A DNA stretch of 63,941 nt, filler included, from Octopus bimaculoides (taxonomy: Eukaryota), in assembly GCF_001194135.2 (NCBI RefSeq). It is 5 parts of 4 records of this genome, joined end to end, with 100 filler letters (N's around TTAATTAATTAA, not from the genome) between each part and the next. Parts side by side here need not be neighbours in the genome. Positions count along the whole stretch, not along the records: positions 26,622 to 46,021 come from NC_068984.1; positions 46,122 to 56,427 come from NC_068984.1; 3 more parts are not named here. One strand, written 5' to 3'. The translations under genes and the position numbers were made by a program. The notes beneath the pieces were generated by a model that did no database searches, was not told where the DNA came from, and was given only the letters and a program-made list of their open reading frames with translations. This document shows positions 36,952-49,870 of this stretch, in pieces (the first letter of the stretch is position 1; every line of letters begins with the position of its first letter).

Positions 36952-37951
36952 GTATTTTATCGATTTCCAAAAGGACGGAAAGCAAAGTTGATGCCGGCAA
37001 GATTTGAACTGAAAGCACAGAGATTTAGAATGACTATCGCAAACAAAATAGAATGCAAAACTTTCAAAAATATCTGAATCGAAATCTGAGTAAGTATAAA
37101 GAATGAGATATTATAAGTTAAAGAGAAACAAACAGGAATGGTAAAATGAAGAAATTTTCAGAAAACTATTCTTTTTTTCAGTTTTGAATCAGTAAATAAA
37201 AAGAAAATATGTTGGACAAGGAAGACAAAAAAGACAATTCAAGTACAGGAGAAGAGAATAATAGGAGAAAACGGGGAAGAAGAGAATATTTAGTGAAATA
37301 TTGCTGTGAAATCAAACTTCGGTTTGAACAGTAAGGCGCGAATAACGAATTTTCTGCAGTTTCAGCCTTTTAAAAAGTCTCATCAGTTGCTGTGGGTGCA
37401 ACCATAGCAGTGCGGTTAAGAAGTTTGCAGCATGGTTTCGGATTCGATCCGACCTTCTTGGGTAAATTTCTTCAATAACAGCCTCGACACGATCAAAACA
37501 TTGTGAGTGCAGTTTGATCGACAGAAGATGTGAAAAAACCTATCAAAGTCTACCGTTTCTGATTTGGGGAGGTAGATTTCATCCATCTCTCAAATTAGTG
37601 CTACCAGTTGGATCATAAGTACCTATAGGTGAGTCCGTTCTTTTGTAAACGTTCGGGCCAGGTCTCTGGTCTGTGGATAATTTCTTTCCTTTCTCGCAAC
37701 ATTCTCTAAATGAAACAGCATATTGATATACAAGGAATATATAGTGAAGTACGCTTCATCTTGCGAGCTCGGTGGTAGCTTCTGTTAGTTAAAATTTTAT
37801 CGAGAAGAGGTCAGCATTGAACAATATTTCAATTCACTAGAACTATGTGAGAAAACTCATAATACTTGTTTTTGTAACAGACTCACGCTCTGAAATCTCA
37901 GTTAAATAGGCAATGCCGCAAGGGAAATATTATCTGATCTTTGGTAGATAC

Positions 37952-38010
37952 GGTGACAACTCCAGACACGTTTCGGTATTATTAGGCTTCTTCAGTAAAG
38001 CGTAGCCACC
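37952..38010 (-). ncRNA. Minimal type-I hammerhead ribozyme motif (PLE-type)
   Basis: GGUGGCUACGCUUUA-CUGAAGA-A-G(loop)C-GAAA-CGUGUC-UGGAGUUGUCACC; stem I pairs with a bulge. Confidence 0.55.
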
Positions 38011-38904
38011 CGCATACTTCTTAAGTGTTACGGGGTTGCATTAATTTAAATAAAGTAACGAGAAATAGCTAAGTAAATATGCGCAGTCTTTTATGAGTGA
38101 AATATTACTTGAAGCATAATGATACTTAGCGAAGACGCATTCGTTTTCTAAGAAACCAACCAACTCTTCCGCCACCCAAAAAAGTAGCACTAGGTTATTT
38201 AGATTAACATCAAATAACGAACAAAAATTTGAGAATTAATGGACATAGACTCACTTGCCATTTATCTATTTGCTTCTATATTTTTTTTTCAAACAACTTG
38301 TGATTCTTTGTAATATCAATTAATTTTGTTTCTTTTCTTTATATCATTATCTTATCTGATATTTTTTATATACGAAATCATATTTGATATCTGTCTTATA
38401 TTTTTTTTATACTTAGAACTTCCTGGAAGACAAAAAGTGCTAAAAACATGATCTAAATCTATAAATTTTCTATTTAGGTGCAAAATTCTTTTTCTTTTCT
38501 TGTTTTTGTTTTTTGAGGGGGAAAAGTAAATAGGATTTAGTTTTTTTTTTTGTTAATCATAAACGAAGAGTCAGTACTCAAGATCTTTGCCCTCACAGAT
38601 TGGTGAAGTTAATATGCTGATGCCTAAACTGAACAGCTGTTACGAAAACCTGGTTTGATTAGCAACAAATTATCAAGTTTCGTTTTTATATTTATCATTT
38701 ATTTTTCTCTGATATCTATGAGTGTGTTAGTGTGTTGCTTGAAATGAAGTGCTGGCGCTTCAGATGGCTAAATCATACTCTCAGAATGTAATGGAACATA
38801 ATCCTACAGACCGGTTTGAATTACGTCGAATTAAAAATAAATAATGAAGATTATCTCTTAATTTGCTAATCAGGAATATTACGTTTTTATTATTTATTAT
38901 CAAC

Positions 38905-39112
38905 TATAGGGCTGGCAGACTCGTTGGAAATCCAGAGAAAATGCCTTGCAACATTAGTTCTGGCATGTCTACGATCCTAGTTCAACTCCTGTTGAAGTCT
39001 GCCTTTCATCCCTCCGCAGTTAATAAAATAAAGTCCCAGTCAAGTACTTGGGTTGACGACCTCAATTAACCTCATCTCCTCAAAATTTGGTACCCTTGTA
39101 CCTGAAATTAGA
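38905..39112 (+). mobile_element. SINE family B (old)
   Basis: gggctggcagactcgttgg...gcctttcatccctccgcagttaataaaataaagtcccag...cccttgtacctgaaatt. Confidence 0.7.
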
Positions 39113-40029
39113 GACAATTATTTATTGCCAAATCTTTTCTCTTTTATAACTTATATTTTAACTTTACTTATACATTTATTCGGTGCAACAAAGATTTTGA
39201 CCCCAAATTTTAAACGTTTGTAGGTGTTTTTTTTTTTTTTTTTTAATGTCTCAAATATGGCTTCTACGCTGTAATTGTTTCAGTACATGGTGTCAGATCA
39301 AATCACCTGCTTGACACCTGCGAAATTTTCTGTCTACGTTTTGCAACAATTCTGTACACTAATAGATAAAATTATACTATTAGATACAGGCTTCGTCGCG
39401 TGGTGAAGATGTTTATTCGACATTCGTGTCGTCTTGATTTCTATACCAATAACTGGCAAGTTAGGCAAATGTCATTTACCATAATCTTCATCGATCCGTC
39501 TTGTGCGTCAAATTGGCAGAAACTGGATCGAAGTCCGTCTGATGGATTGTGTCTATAAATGAAAGATTCAATTTTGTCACATCATCACACTGAATGTACT
39601 TCAGTAATGCATGATGGGGATGCGTGATTGAAATATTCAACCATTTTATATGCTAATTTAATGTTATAGATCGTTCAGTCAAACGAACAATATGGCAGTC
39701 ATACGTTGTTCTGGATGAGAAAGAGAACATCAACATTGTATACTCTGCTGAATAATGAAAAATATACCATTGTATAGACCAATAGATTAGCATATATTAT
39801 TTTATATACTCCTAAATTATAATTGACAATCGCGTACAATATTAAATTATAGTATACAAAAGAATAGACGAATAAATTATGATGCACAATTTGTATAAAA
39901 AGCCATTTATTGTAAACTACAGTTTTGTAGTGTTAGATCTTTGACAATCAGATAAAAATATTTTGTGAAATATAAAGCGATTAGGAACGGAAATAATAAC
40001 AAAGAAAGAAACGATGAATTATATCTTTT

Positions 40030-40356
40030 GGCAATGCAGAGAAACAATATTGGCAAGGAATAAAACACACATCCTAAACTTTCTTTTAATTACAGAGATC
40101 TTACGGGGAAACATAACGACGAACTTGTAGAGATGGGTAAGAGATTGTAGAACTGCGTCAAAGATCAGGACACAGATTTCAAATAAGAACATTTTACATT
40201 TAATAGGATACAACACTAAGGTGACTCTTATAATTTAGTGTGAGCGTCGTAACACGTACATTCTCCCTCACAAATATAGGATAGCTGGCTCACAGGTCTC
40301 ATCTGTATTGCTGTAATAATGAAGAAGATTAAGAAAGATTTAATCCACCAAATCAT
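40030..40356 (-). pseudogene. Possible decayed secreted or receptor protein N-terminus (signal peptide plus LRR-NT-like cap)
   Basis: MIWWIKSFLIFFIITAIQMRPVSQLSYICEGECTCY...LNVKCSYLKSVS, interrupted by in-frame stops. Confidence 0.25.
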
Positions 40357-40554
40357 CGACGGAATCAGTTGAATTACATAATGGATTGAGTGTAAGAAAC
40401 TGTTCTTTATCAACTGAAACTCACCCTTCACCGAGTTTCAAAAGCTACTCAGCAAATAGTTCAGCTGATTGATCTCTTGAAAGCCTAGATCTCATATAAT
40501 AATTGAAGTAGAAAAAAGATCGATTTCATATACGAAGTTCTGTTTGTTTATTAT

Positions 40555-40745
40555 ATGTTAATAATGAGTTGTAAGTGTTATTTTATCAATGCAGTTCTTC
40601 ATAAGTATGTGCACAATTAGTGTTGTACCATTGCATAATTTGTGTTGAGACAAATTAGGCAATAGCATAATAGGTTCCCCTGAACCATTTAGTTTCATTT
40701 CGCTGGACAAACAAACAGACAGAATCTCTCTTTCATATATACACA
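40555..40745 (-). mobile_element. Helitron-derived fragment: 5'-end-like sequence fused to a PIF1 helicase remnant
   Basis: GEPIMLLPNLSQHKLCNGTTLIVHILMKNCI resembles the Helitron helicase motif GAPIMLLRNL...LCNGTRL. Confidence 0.75.
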
Positions 40746-40762
40746 GACACACATACATACAT

Positions 40763-40825
<63 letters not shown>

Positions 40826-41684
40826 NNNNNNNNNNNNNNNNNNNNNNNNNNNNNNNNNNNNNNNNNNNNNNNNNNNNNNNNNNNNNNNNNNNNNNNNNNN
40901 NNNNNNNNNNNNNNNNNNNNNNNNNNNNNNNNNNNNNNNNNNNNNNNNNNNNNNNNNNNNNNNNNNNNNNNNNNNNNNNNNNNNNNNNNNNNNNNNNNNN
41001 NNNNNNNNNNNNNNNNNNNNNNNNNNNNNNNNNNNNNNNNNNNNNNNNNNNNNNNNNNNNNNNNNNNNNNNNNNNNNNNNNNNNNNNNNNNNNNNNNNNN
41101 NNNNNNNNNNNNNNNNNNNNNNNNNNNNNNNNNNNNNNNNNNNNNNNNNNNNNNNNNNNNNNNNNNNNNNNNNNNNNNNNNNNNNNNNNNNNNNNNNNNN
41201 NNNNNNNNNNNNNNNNNNNNNNNNNNNNNNNNNNNNNNNNNNNNNNNNNNNNNNNNNNNNNNNNNNNNNNNNNNNNNNNNNNNNNNNNNNNNNNNNNNNN
41301 NNNNNNNNNNNNNNNNNNNNNNNNNNNNNNNNNNNNAATAATAGGAAAATGAAAAAAAGCCAGAATGCTGAACTGGAAGCATAATTTAATAAAGATTTTT
41401 TCTAACCGGTTTTCATTGCGAAGAAGCAAATTATCAAGAAGAAGGAGAATGAAAATGTTTTTTTACAAAGAAGGACAAAATGAAGAAAATAATATATAAA
41501 ACAATAATATATAAAAAAATATATAAAAAAATAAATATACCCATACATTATATTGTCTTTGAGCTTTTGTAGTTCAATAGTAGTTCATGTATAAATTGGT
41601 AGGAAAAATAAGGATGCATGAGGGTTGAGAGTTTTGTTAGGTTTAAAAAAAAGGGTTAAGAGTTTGTGTTATTAAACAATAACA

Positions 41685-41765
41685 TAATAGCTTCCCCTGA
41701 ACCATTTAGTTTCATTTTGCTGGACAAACAAACAAACGGACAGAATCTCTCTTTTATTTATATAT
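41685..41765 (-). mobile_element. Second copy of the same Helitron end
   Basis: ttcccctgaaccatttagtttcattt.gctggacaaacaaac...gacagaatctctc is nearly identical to 40675-40740. Confidence 0.7.
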
Positions 41766-41952
41766 ATTTATGCAAAACATAGTAAATGAAAGGCATGGAA
41801 GGAATAAATTTGCATTCTGATACTTATTAATTTACATAATTCTGACTATAATTATATACATATAATTTCATAGCTAAGGCTTTTTAATGTGTTTAGATTT
41901 AATTCAGAACGTCTGATTCGCATATGACATATATATGAATTACATGATGGGC

Positions 41953-42006
<54 letters not shown>

Positions 42007-42026
42007 AGATAGTTAGATTGATAGGC

Positions 42027-42068
<42 letters not shown>

Positions 42069-42353
42069 ATATTCGAGTTTGTATGATTGTGCATAGAAGA
42101 ATATGTTAATCAATGAAATTCCAACGTAGTCTCATTTTCACGCTTTATTTACAATTCTTACAATTTTACAATACTGAAATAAACTAGTACTTTCATGCGT
42201 TACGCAGTTATCATATTTATGTAATAACAGTCGTGTTCCACAATTGACAATTCACACACACACACGGCCACACACGCACGCACACACACGCACACACACA
42301 CACACGCACACACACATACACGCACACACACGCACACACACACATGAAAATAT

Positions 42354-42600
42354 GCGTGGAGTCGTGCACCGTAGTGGTTAAAGGTGTTGCACTCATGATC
42401 ATAAGACTTGTGGTTTCGAATCCGGGGCCTGGTGACGTGTAGTGATCTTGAGCAAAGCACTCCATTACACGTTGTTCCATTCTACTTAGCTGGCAAAAAT
42501 GAGTAAACTTGCAACGGAGCAGCGTCTCGTGTAGGGGATGGGAGAATATATACGCCACAGAAACCAAGAACCGGCCTTATGAACCTATGGCTCGTGAAGG
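42354..42600 (+). mobile_element. SINE family C, full length
   Basis: A-box-like cgtagtggttaaagg, B-box-like gtttcgaatcc, then tcttgagcaaagcact and agctggcaaaaatgagtaa. Confidence 0.85.
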
Positions 42601-42713
42601 ATATCTGAGAGCATTTGTTGGTATAAAAATATACTATCATTCTCTTAAATTTCTTGCATAGCCCGAACACCCTGTATACATACATACATACATACATACA
42701 TACATGCATACAT

Positions 42714-42755
<42 letters not shown>

Positions 42756-43054
42756 GTATGTGTGTATATGTATGTATATGTATGTATGTATGTATGTATG
42801 TATAAAACAAAATTATTTTCAACTGGGACTTCATGTGTAGCCTGATGGCTTGCTTTGACTGAGATCCTATATGAAACCTGAAGACTCAGTCAAAGCTAAT
42901 AAAAATGAAATGCAATTTTAATAGCAACATTTTTATTCTTCATACAGCTATAAATGTATATACGTAAATGTATTTATACATACACCTCCATATATATATA
43001 TATATATATATATTTCTATTGTCACTAATTGTGACTGAGGGTACTGGGAAGCAC

Positions 43055-43263
43055 CTGTACTGCTAAAAGTAAGAATTAAAATCCTTTAGAGCTGCAAATA
43101 AGCACATTTTCATATAGTGACAGGGGAGTAGTCATCACTTACTAACTTAGTCTAGTTTAGTGATCTAGCTTTCTGTGTGCGGCGGTTATCTCCCCTGTCA
43201 GTAAATGAAAATGTGCTTTGCTGCAGCTCTAAGGGTTTTAAACTCCTATTTCTAGCAATGTAG
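43055..43263. repeat. Foldback element with ~75-bp imperfect arms
   Basis: 43055-43128 is the reverse complement of 43190-43263 (ttagagctgca...aagcacattttcat...tgacaggggag). Confidence 0.8.
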
Positions 43264-43310
43264 TTAACCTTTTTGGTTTTATATTGCGTATAGTTACCTT
43301 CATTATTATT

Positions 43311-43345
<35 letters not shown>

Positions 43346-43355
43346 TATTATTATT

Positions 43356-43544
43356 AGCGCGCCGGACGAAATGCGGAGCGGTATTTCGCCCGTCGCTACG
43401 TTCTGAGTTCAAATTCCGCCGAGATCAACTTTGCCTTTCATCCTTTCGGTGTCGATAAAATAAGTACCAGTTGAACACTAGGGTCGATGTAAGCGACTTG
43501 TCCCCTCCCTCAAAACTGCTGCCCTACTGGCAAAATTTGAAACC
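43356..43544 (+). mobile_element. SINE family B inserted in (ATT)n
   Basis: CpG-rich family-B body flanked by ATT repeats on both sides. Confidence 0.9.
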
Positions 43545-43612
<68 letters not shown>

Positions 43613-44392
43613 CATAATTATATATAAACACATATGCCCAAAATTAATTTTTTTAATAAAATTGGCGATACTTTTAGTACCGAGTCTTTTCATCAGAAAA
43701 TATACGTTGTTCCTTTAAAATAATACCCCTGTCCCCATAAAATAGAGGTCCTTTGTATGTAATTATATGTGTGTATATACTAGATGTTAGACTGTATGAA
43801 TTCATCGCCTGATTTAGCACCACCACCAGGTCATTTAGTACACCTTCATACAAATCAATCTCTCTTGCAGAACCATTCGAGCCAGGTTTATCGATAACTT
43901 TCATCTTTTCAAAAATTTTGCAAACCCTGTAAAGATCATTGGTTATACCCGTCCCTCACCCCTAACCAAACCATTAAAAATCTGTAAAAACATGTTGTCT
44001 TTTTTGTACGAAATTAAAATTACACATTCTGCGACTGCTAATGAGTATGGACATCATAATAAACTTCAGGCAAATGAGTTTGGGAATGTATGTGCCAAGA
44101 GTCGAAAATTTCCTTATTTTCATTTTCAAATATAGATCGTCGAATTGTATAAAATTTATGAAAATGAAAATAATCAATAGTTTATATTTCAAGCCTTTTG
44201 ACTTTCTTAATTTCGCAAGGTCACTCATAATCGACCTCTCCAAAACTATTGCCAGGCTTCGGGTCATACATAAATTCAATTTAGGCAAATATGATTTTAC
44301 GTGATTCATTCTGCCTCAGTTTTCCCCTCTCTTTATTCTTCTCTGTCTCTTTGTTCTCCTCTTTCTCTCTCTCATTCACTCCACACACACAC

Positions 44393-44447
<55 letters not shown>

Positions 44448-45079
44448 TAAGTATAATTGAGTGCTTTTCCCGCCTCTTGCAACCCGTTCTTGCTTTTTTT
44501 TCTTTATTTCTTTACCTCTTTTTCACATTTGCTTTTATTTTTTTTTATTTTATCAAATTACTTCTCTTTCCACCGAAAGCTGTTTACGACCTGAAAGTAT
44601 GATGATAATGATGATGGTAGTGAGAGGAGGAGGAGAAGGAAGGTGGTAGTAGTGGTTTGCTGCTGCTGGTGATGGTGACATTGTTGTTAGTGCTTATGGT
44701 GACGACGATGACGATGAGGTGGATCATGTTAATCATGTTGATCTTGATGATCATTAAAAGGTGGTGGTAGTGGTAATTGCATTGGTGATGATGATTAGGA
44801 TAATGGTAATAATGAAGGAAATCTTGGTGTGATGTTGCGGCTGTGATGATGGCGACGATAATAGTGTTTGTATATTTAAGGGTTCTTCACATTGAAATGA
44901 ATGATATTGTCAAACCAATCACAGCACAATGCTGATACATATTTTATCGACCCCAGAAAGACTGAACAGCAAATATCAACTTAAAGATTCGATCTAAATT
45001 TGATACATTTAAACTACAAGAATACACTGTCACTGTCTAAAATAAGAATTACGATTTTGAAACAAACTAAATAGCAGTT

Positions 45080-45285
45080 TCAAATTTTGGCACAGGGCCA
45101 GCAATTTTAAGGGAGGGGCAAGTCGTTTATATCGACCTCAGTATTTAACTGGTATTTATTTTATCGAATCCGAACGGATGAAAGGCAAAGTCAACCTCAG
45201 CGGAATTTGAACTCAGAACGTGCAGACTGACAAAATGCCGCTAAGCATCTGGCCTGGTGTGCAAGCGATTCTGCCAACTCGCCAA
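45080..45285 (-). mobile_element. SINE family B
   Basis: Full tail, core and head on the minus strand. Confidence 0.9.
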
Positions 45286-45735
45286 CTTTTAACATAGCTG
45301 AATATCAAACAGAAATTGTTTTACCCCATAACCATTAAATGGAGAAGAATTATATACTCTTCTCCAGTCAAGGAAGATGGTGAAATGAGTCTACTGATGA
45401 ACTCAACTGATTTGTTCTACATGTGATAAAAACAGTTCGATATATCTCCACTGGTTAGTAAAACTCGAACATTGAATGGTTGAGTGTAGAAAAGTTTCGC
45501 ACTGCAAGCAGGGATTTCCGTACCTGTAGAGCATCTTTCAAACAAGCAGTGCTGTCTACCCTACCAGAAGTTTTATGAGACCAGATATTTCTGAATATGA
45601 ACCAAAGCTTAGCTCTCGAACTGAAAGAACTCTTGTGTGAACTGATTAGTTGATATTCGTCGACACCTAGAGTTTCCCTCGGGATGTAAGCACTCTTGTC
45701 AATCACTAAATTACGACAGCAAAGGTCGAACTTAC

Positions 45736-45786
45736 TTTTTTGGCCCGGTAAAATAATTTGCATTAAAGAAAAGTCGGGCATCATTT
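45736..45786 (-). other. Candidate 51-nt exon
   Basis: Pyrimidine-rich acceptor ...gttatcatctcag| and donor AAA|gtaagt; length is a multiple of 3; two frames open. Confidence 0.3.
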
Positions 45787-45969
45787 CTGAGATGATAACG
45801 ATGATGAAAAACAAAAGGTAGAGGAGGAAAATATGGTGATAAGAATGAAAACTGCAAAGTAAAAGTAGAATATAATGTAAATGAAATTTTTATCAAAAGT
45901 TTGTTAGCAACTTTTACATTTCTCAAACATTATGTATATATGAGCACACATACATGCATGCCGAAACAT

Positions 45970-46021
<52 letters not shown>

Positions 46022-46122
46022 NNNNNNNNNNNNNNNNNNNNNNNNNNNNNNNNNNNNNNNNNNNNTTAATTAATTAANNNNNNNNNNNNNNNNNNNNNNN
46101 NNNNNNNNNNNNNNNNNNNNNC

Positions 46123-46236
46123 TACGATCCCTTTTGATCGACACCACCACTTTTTTTTTTCCCCTCCCAAAAAGAAAAGCTCTACATTGTATTTGTCCCA
46201 TCTTCGTTGAGCCCTGTGTGGCTAATAAAAGAAATG
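46123..46236 (+). mobile_element. LINE 3' end (Tx1-like) with AATAAA and (TATC)n tail
   Basis: Near-identical to 52165-52292. Confidence 0.7.
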
Positions 46237-46296
<60 letters not shown>

Positions 46297-46317
46297 CATC
46301 TATCTATCTTATGATGT

Positions 46318-47300
46318 TGACTGCTTAACAGAGCGCACATGACAGAAATGGTTTTAAAAATTCCGTTCTTCAGATTTTTCACTCAAAGACGATCAACGTT
46401 CTGGTCGACCTACTGAAGTTGATGATGACCGAATAAAAACCCTAATTAAATCTGATTATCATATAACTGTACGAGAGATTGCAGAGGGTTAAATGTATTG
46501 CACATAACAACTGAAAATCACTTAAAATGTCTCGGGCTCATTAAGAAACTTGATATTTGGGTTCCACATAAATTGAAAGAGATTCCACTTAACACAACGA
46601 ATCAATATTTGCGATATGCATGTCAAAAGCAATGAAATCAACCTAGTTTTGAAACGAATCATCACTGGTGATGAAAAATGGATTGTCTACAATAACATCA
46701 ATCGAAAACGATCATGGTCCAAGCGTATTGAACCAGCACAAACCACATCGAAAGCTGAATTACATAAAGAAAAGGTCATGCTGTCGATTTGGTTGGATTA
46801 CAATGGCGTTGTGTATTTTGAGCTGCTTCCAAGGAGCTAAACGATCAATTCAGATGTTTACTGTCAACAACTAATGAAACCGGAGGAAACAATCAAAGAA
46901 AAACGGCCAGAATTGGCAAATCGTAAAGGAATCGCTAGATCACACACGTCTTTGCTAACTCGTGAAAAATTATTGGAGCTTAGTTGAGAAATGATGTCGC
47001 ATCCACCATATAGCCCTGCCCTTGCACCATCAAATTCCCATTTATTTCGAAGTTTGCAAAATTCTTTGAATGGTAAAACTTTCAATAATGATGATGACCT
47101 GAAATTGCACTTGCTTCAGTCTTTGGCTAATAAGGACCAAAGGTTCTATGACCGCGGAATCATGAAGTTGCCAGAAAGTTGGCGAAAGATCATCGAACAA
47201 AATGGAAAATATATAATTGATTAAAGTCCATTTTTTGTATGAAAAAAAAATGACTTTTATTTCACACTAACAAAACGAAATTATTTTCTTGCCAAGCCAA
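46318..47300 (+). mobile_element. 5'-truncated mariner transposon (mellifera-like), defective transposase
   Basis: Motifs WVPHKL, ITGDEKWIVYNN and HPPYSPALAPS(N)SHLFRSLQNSL. Region of the second catalytic Asp is deleted; stops and frameshifts present; right TIR ...aaattattttcttgccaagccaa followed by TA. Confidence 0.92.
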
Positions 47301-47701
47301 TATATATATATATATANNNNNNNNNNNNNNNNNNNNNNNNNNNNNNNNNNNNNNNNNNNNNNNNNNNNNNNNNNNNNNNNNNNNNNNNNNNNNNNNNNNN
47401 NNNNNNNNNNNCTCTTCCGATCTTATGTGTGTGCACATTCATTCAGACAGCAGTATGGTATGCTATAATATTAATCTAAGTTGCCGACAAGGCTTAGCTA
47501 AATCCCTGACTAAAGCAGGCTTCTTCTAAATCAGGATGTAATCGCAAGACCTGTATGGCTTTTGCTGAAAAGTATAATTGAACTCTCAATTACGTGCTGA
47601 TTGCCCTTTTCTCTTGTAAGTCTAACTTAATGTGCAAGTAGGATACACACTCATGCACACACACTCACACACGCACTTATATGTAGTATATATACAGCGT
47701 G

Positions 47702-47777
<76 letters not shown>

Positions 47778-47994
47778 ATGTATTGAGTTTAATCTGAAAA
47801 TTCAAGGATAGGAACTGCACAGAAGCCATTAGCTAGACTGGAATAGACATGCAACAAATAGGTAGTACCTCACCTACAATATCAAAAAAGAGGTTGTGAT
47901 CAGAGAAATTAAATGAAGACGAGGTGATGCGAACAGAAACAGTTGGATTGAGATGCTAACACTAATGGATAGCATAAGTAAAAGAAAGAAGGAA

Positions 47995-48016
47995 AGAAAA
48001 GAGAAATAAATAAGTA

Positions 48017-48112
<96 letters not shown>
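47995..48112. repeat. (GAAA)n microsatellite
   Basis: Directly visible. Confidence 0.95.
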
Positions 48113-49254
48113 GATGTGAGTAAATGAAGCTATTGTGGATGATGTGGAGAATAGAGCGATTTATCCTGAAGGCTTTGCACGTCTTCTTGAAAATGAAACT
48201 TTCCTGGTGGATTCATACTAACAATGGTGAAAGCTGTGTACTTCGATCTTGTAGTCAATAACAAATAGTGATGCTGGAGTGACACTGATGATGGTCATCA
48301 GTGCTGAGGCTACTCATCCACAGATGAGGTTTTTAGCAGCAAGCTGGTCATTCCTTGAAGATTACGGCTGCATATTGAAATCTTGAATATTCTTGCAAAA
48401 TGTTGCAAAAATTCATTATTGCAACAGAATCAGCGTGATGAGGGTCATCCTTAGAAACACGTTACTGAGTTCCACAAGGACAACGAAGGCATTGTATTAC
48501 CATTGTTTTCAACATTATGTATCAGTCAGCTACATCTATAAAATCTTCTATATTTTACATCTACTTACAGAAAACTCAAGGGCTGAACATACCAGCATAT
48601 AATGTTTCAAACATTGTCACAAAAAAAAAATAATACAATTCATCGGTCTGGAGGCACATTTGGCCAAACAAAGAAATAATTCTCTAATATCGTTTGATTC
48701 TACTGAACTGTGGTATAAATGTTAAAAACGGCGTAATTTGTGTTTGACTAAAAGCAATGTCGTATCATACTCGGTGCGCACTCATAATGAGCAGAAAGAC
48801 ATGTTTATTATCTGTTCACACTGCAACAAACACATTATATATGAAATTACAGATTACCGGAATCATCACGCATCAAGACCATTATGTCGTTTATGTTGAC
48901 AACTACGAGAGAATATGAAGATCGTTGTGTCCAAATTTCTGGATACTAGTTTAAAACCATATGGGAGTAGTAACAGGTATTCTGTGTGTGTGTGTGTGTG
49001 TGCGAGTGCGTGCCTGTTTGTGTGTATATTTTTGTGTGTGCGCGTGTCTATGCATCTGTGTATGTATGTCATTTTTCAATTTATTTCAAGATTTTTGCCA
49101 ATAAAGAAACGGTTTCTAACCGAGATCCAAGGTTTCTTCATTGAAATTTCAACATCAACAACAGGGTATTTTTTCCCGAGAGAGTCCTTCAAAGCCAAAG
49201 TTATTTTTGCTCGAAAATTTTACTAAGAACACATTTCAACGGCATATAATCCTG

Positions 49255-49301
<47 letters not shown>

Positions 49302-49420
49302 AATGATCGTTGTGGTTGTACCTGCTATTTACCATAGTCGTAGTAGTGGGACAGTGATCAATTACTTGAGCCAGTAACGTATTTTGGCTGGCAGGCACTA
49401 TGGAAACTGTTGGAATGTCG

Positions 49421-49870
49421 CTAGCTGCGTGGTGGTCTTACATCATTCACGTCTTCGATTTTGTTTATAGAGTTGGGAAGAAGATTAATTTTCGATTTTT
49501 TAATAAAGTTACAGTTACTAACCTTCTTTCTATGTTCTACAAATGTTGCTTGTAGGCGTAATTGCTTCACAGTAAAATGATTTAATTCTGGATGAAGATC
49601 GTCCCAATATGATTTCAATCGATTCATATAGTCAACAGCCGGCTTTTGTTTCGCTTTTTCGTAGCAGTTAAATATTTCATTATTCAATTCATAAATCCAA
49701 GAGAAATGAGTTTTGTAGTTACAGTTTCTTCTATTACTACAGTTAGAAAGAATTTGTTTATCTGTTGAGCAGTTGATTTTGTTCCTCGATTGTGTTGTTG
49801 CTGTTGTGTGCAGCCTTGTTGTTTGTAGCAACTCTCTGCATAGCAACTCTCTGCATGCTAAGTTCAAGTT
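49421..49870 (-). mobile_element. R4/Dong-clade ORF N-terminal fragment
   Basis: W.YELNNEIFNCYEKAK....DYMNRLKSYWDDLHPE...KQLRLQ resembles the recalled N-terminal motif of R4-clade ORFs. Confidence 0.6.

Noticed and set aside
38580-38660. SLPSQIGEVNMLMPKLN as an LRR repeat on the plus strand
   Set aside because: Single short match bounded by stops, without clear splice sites.
43674-44309. Protein-like minus-strand frames (76 and 111 aa)
   Set aside because: No recognisable motif, stops in the most protein-like frame and no clear splice signals.
47412-47423. CTCTTCCGATCT next to a gap
   Set aside because: Matches the end of the Illumina sequencing adapter; a contamination remnant.
48431-48469. 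Hammerhead-like GUGAUGA-GGG(UCAU)CCUUA-GAAACACGUU
   Set aside because: Needs at least three core or stem corrections (C3, cleavage-site U, stem I mismatch); too degenerate to support.
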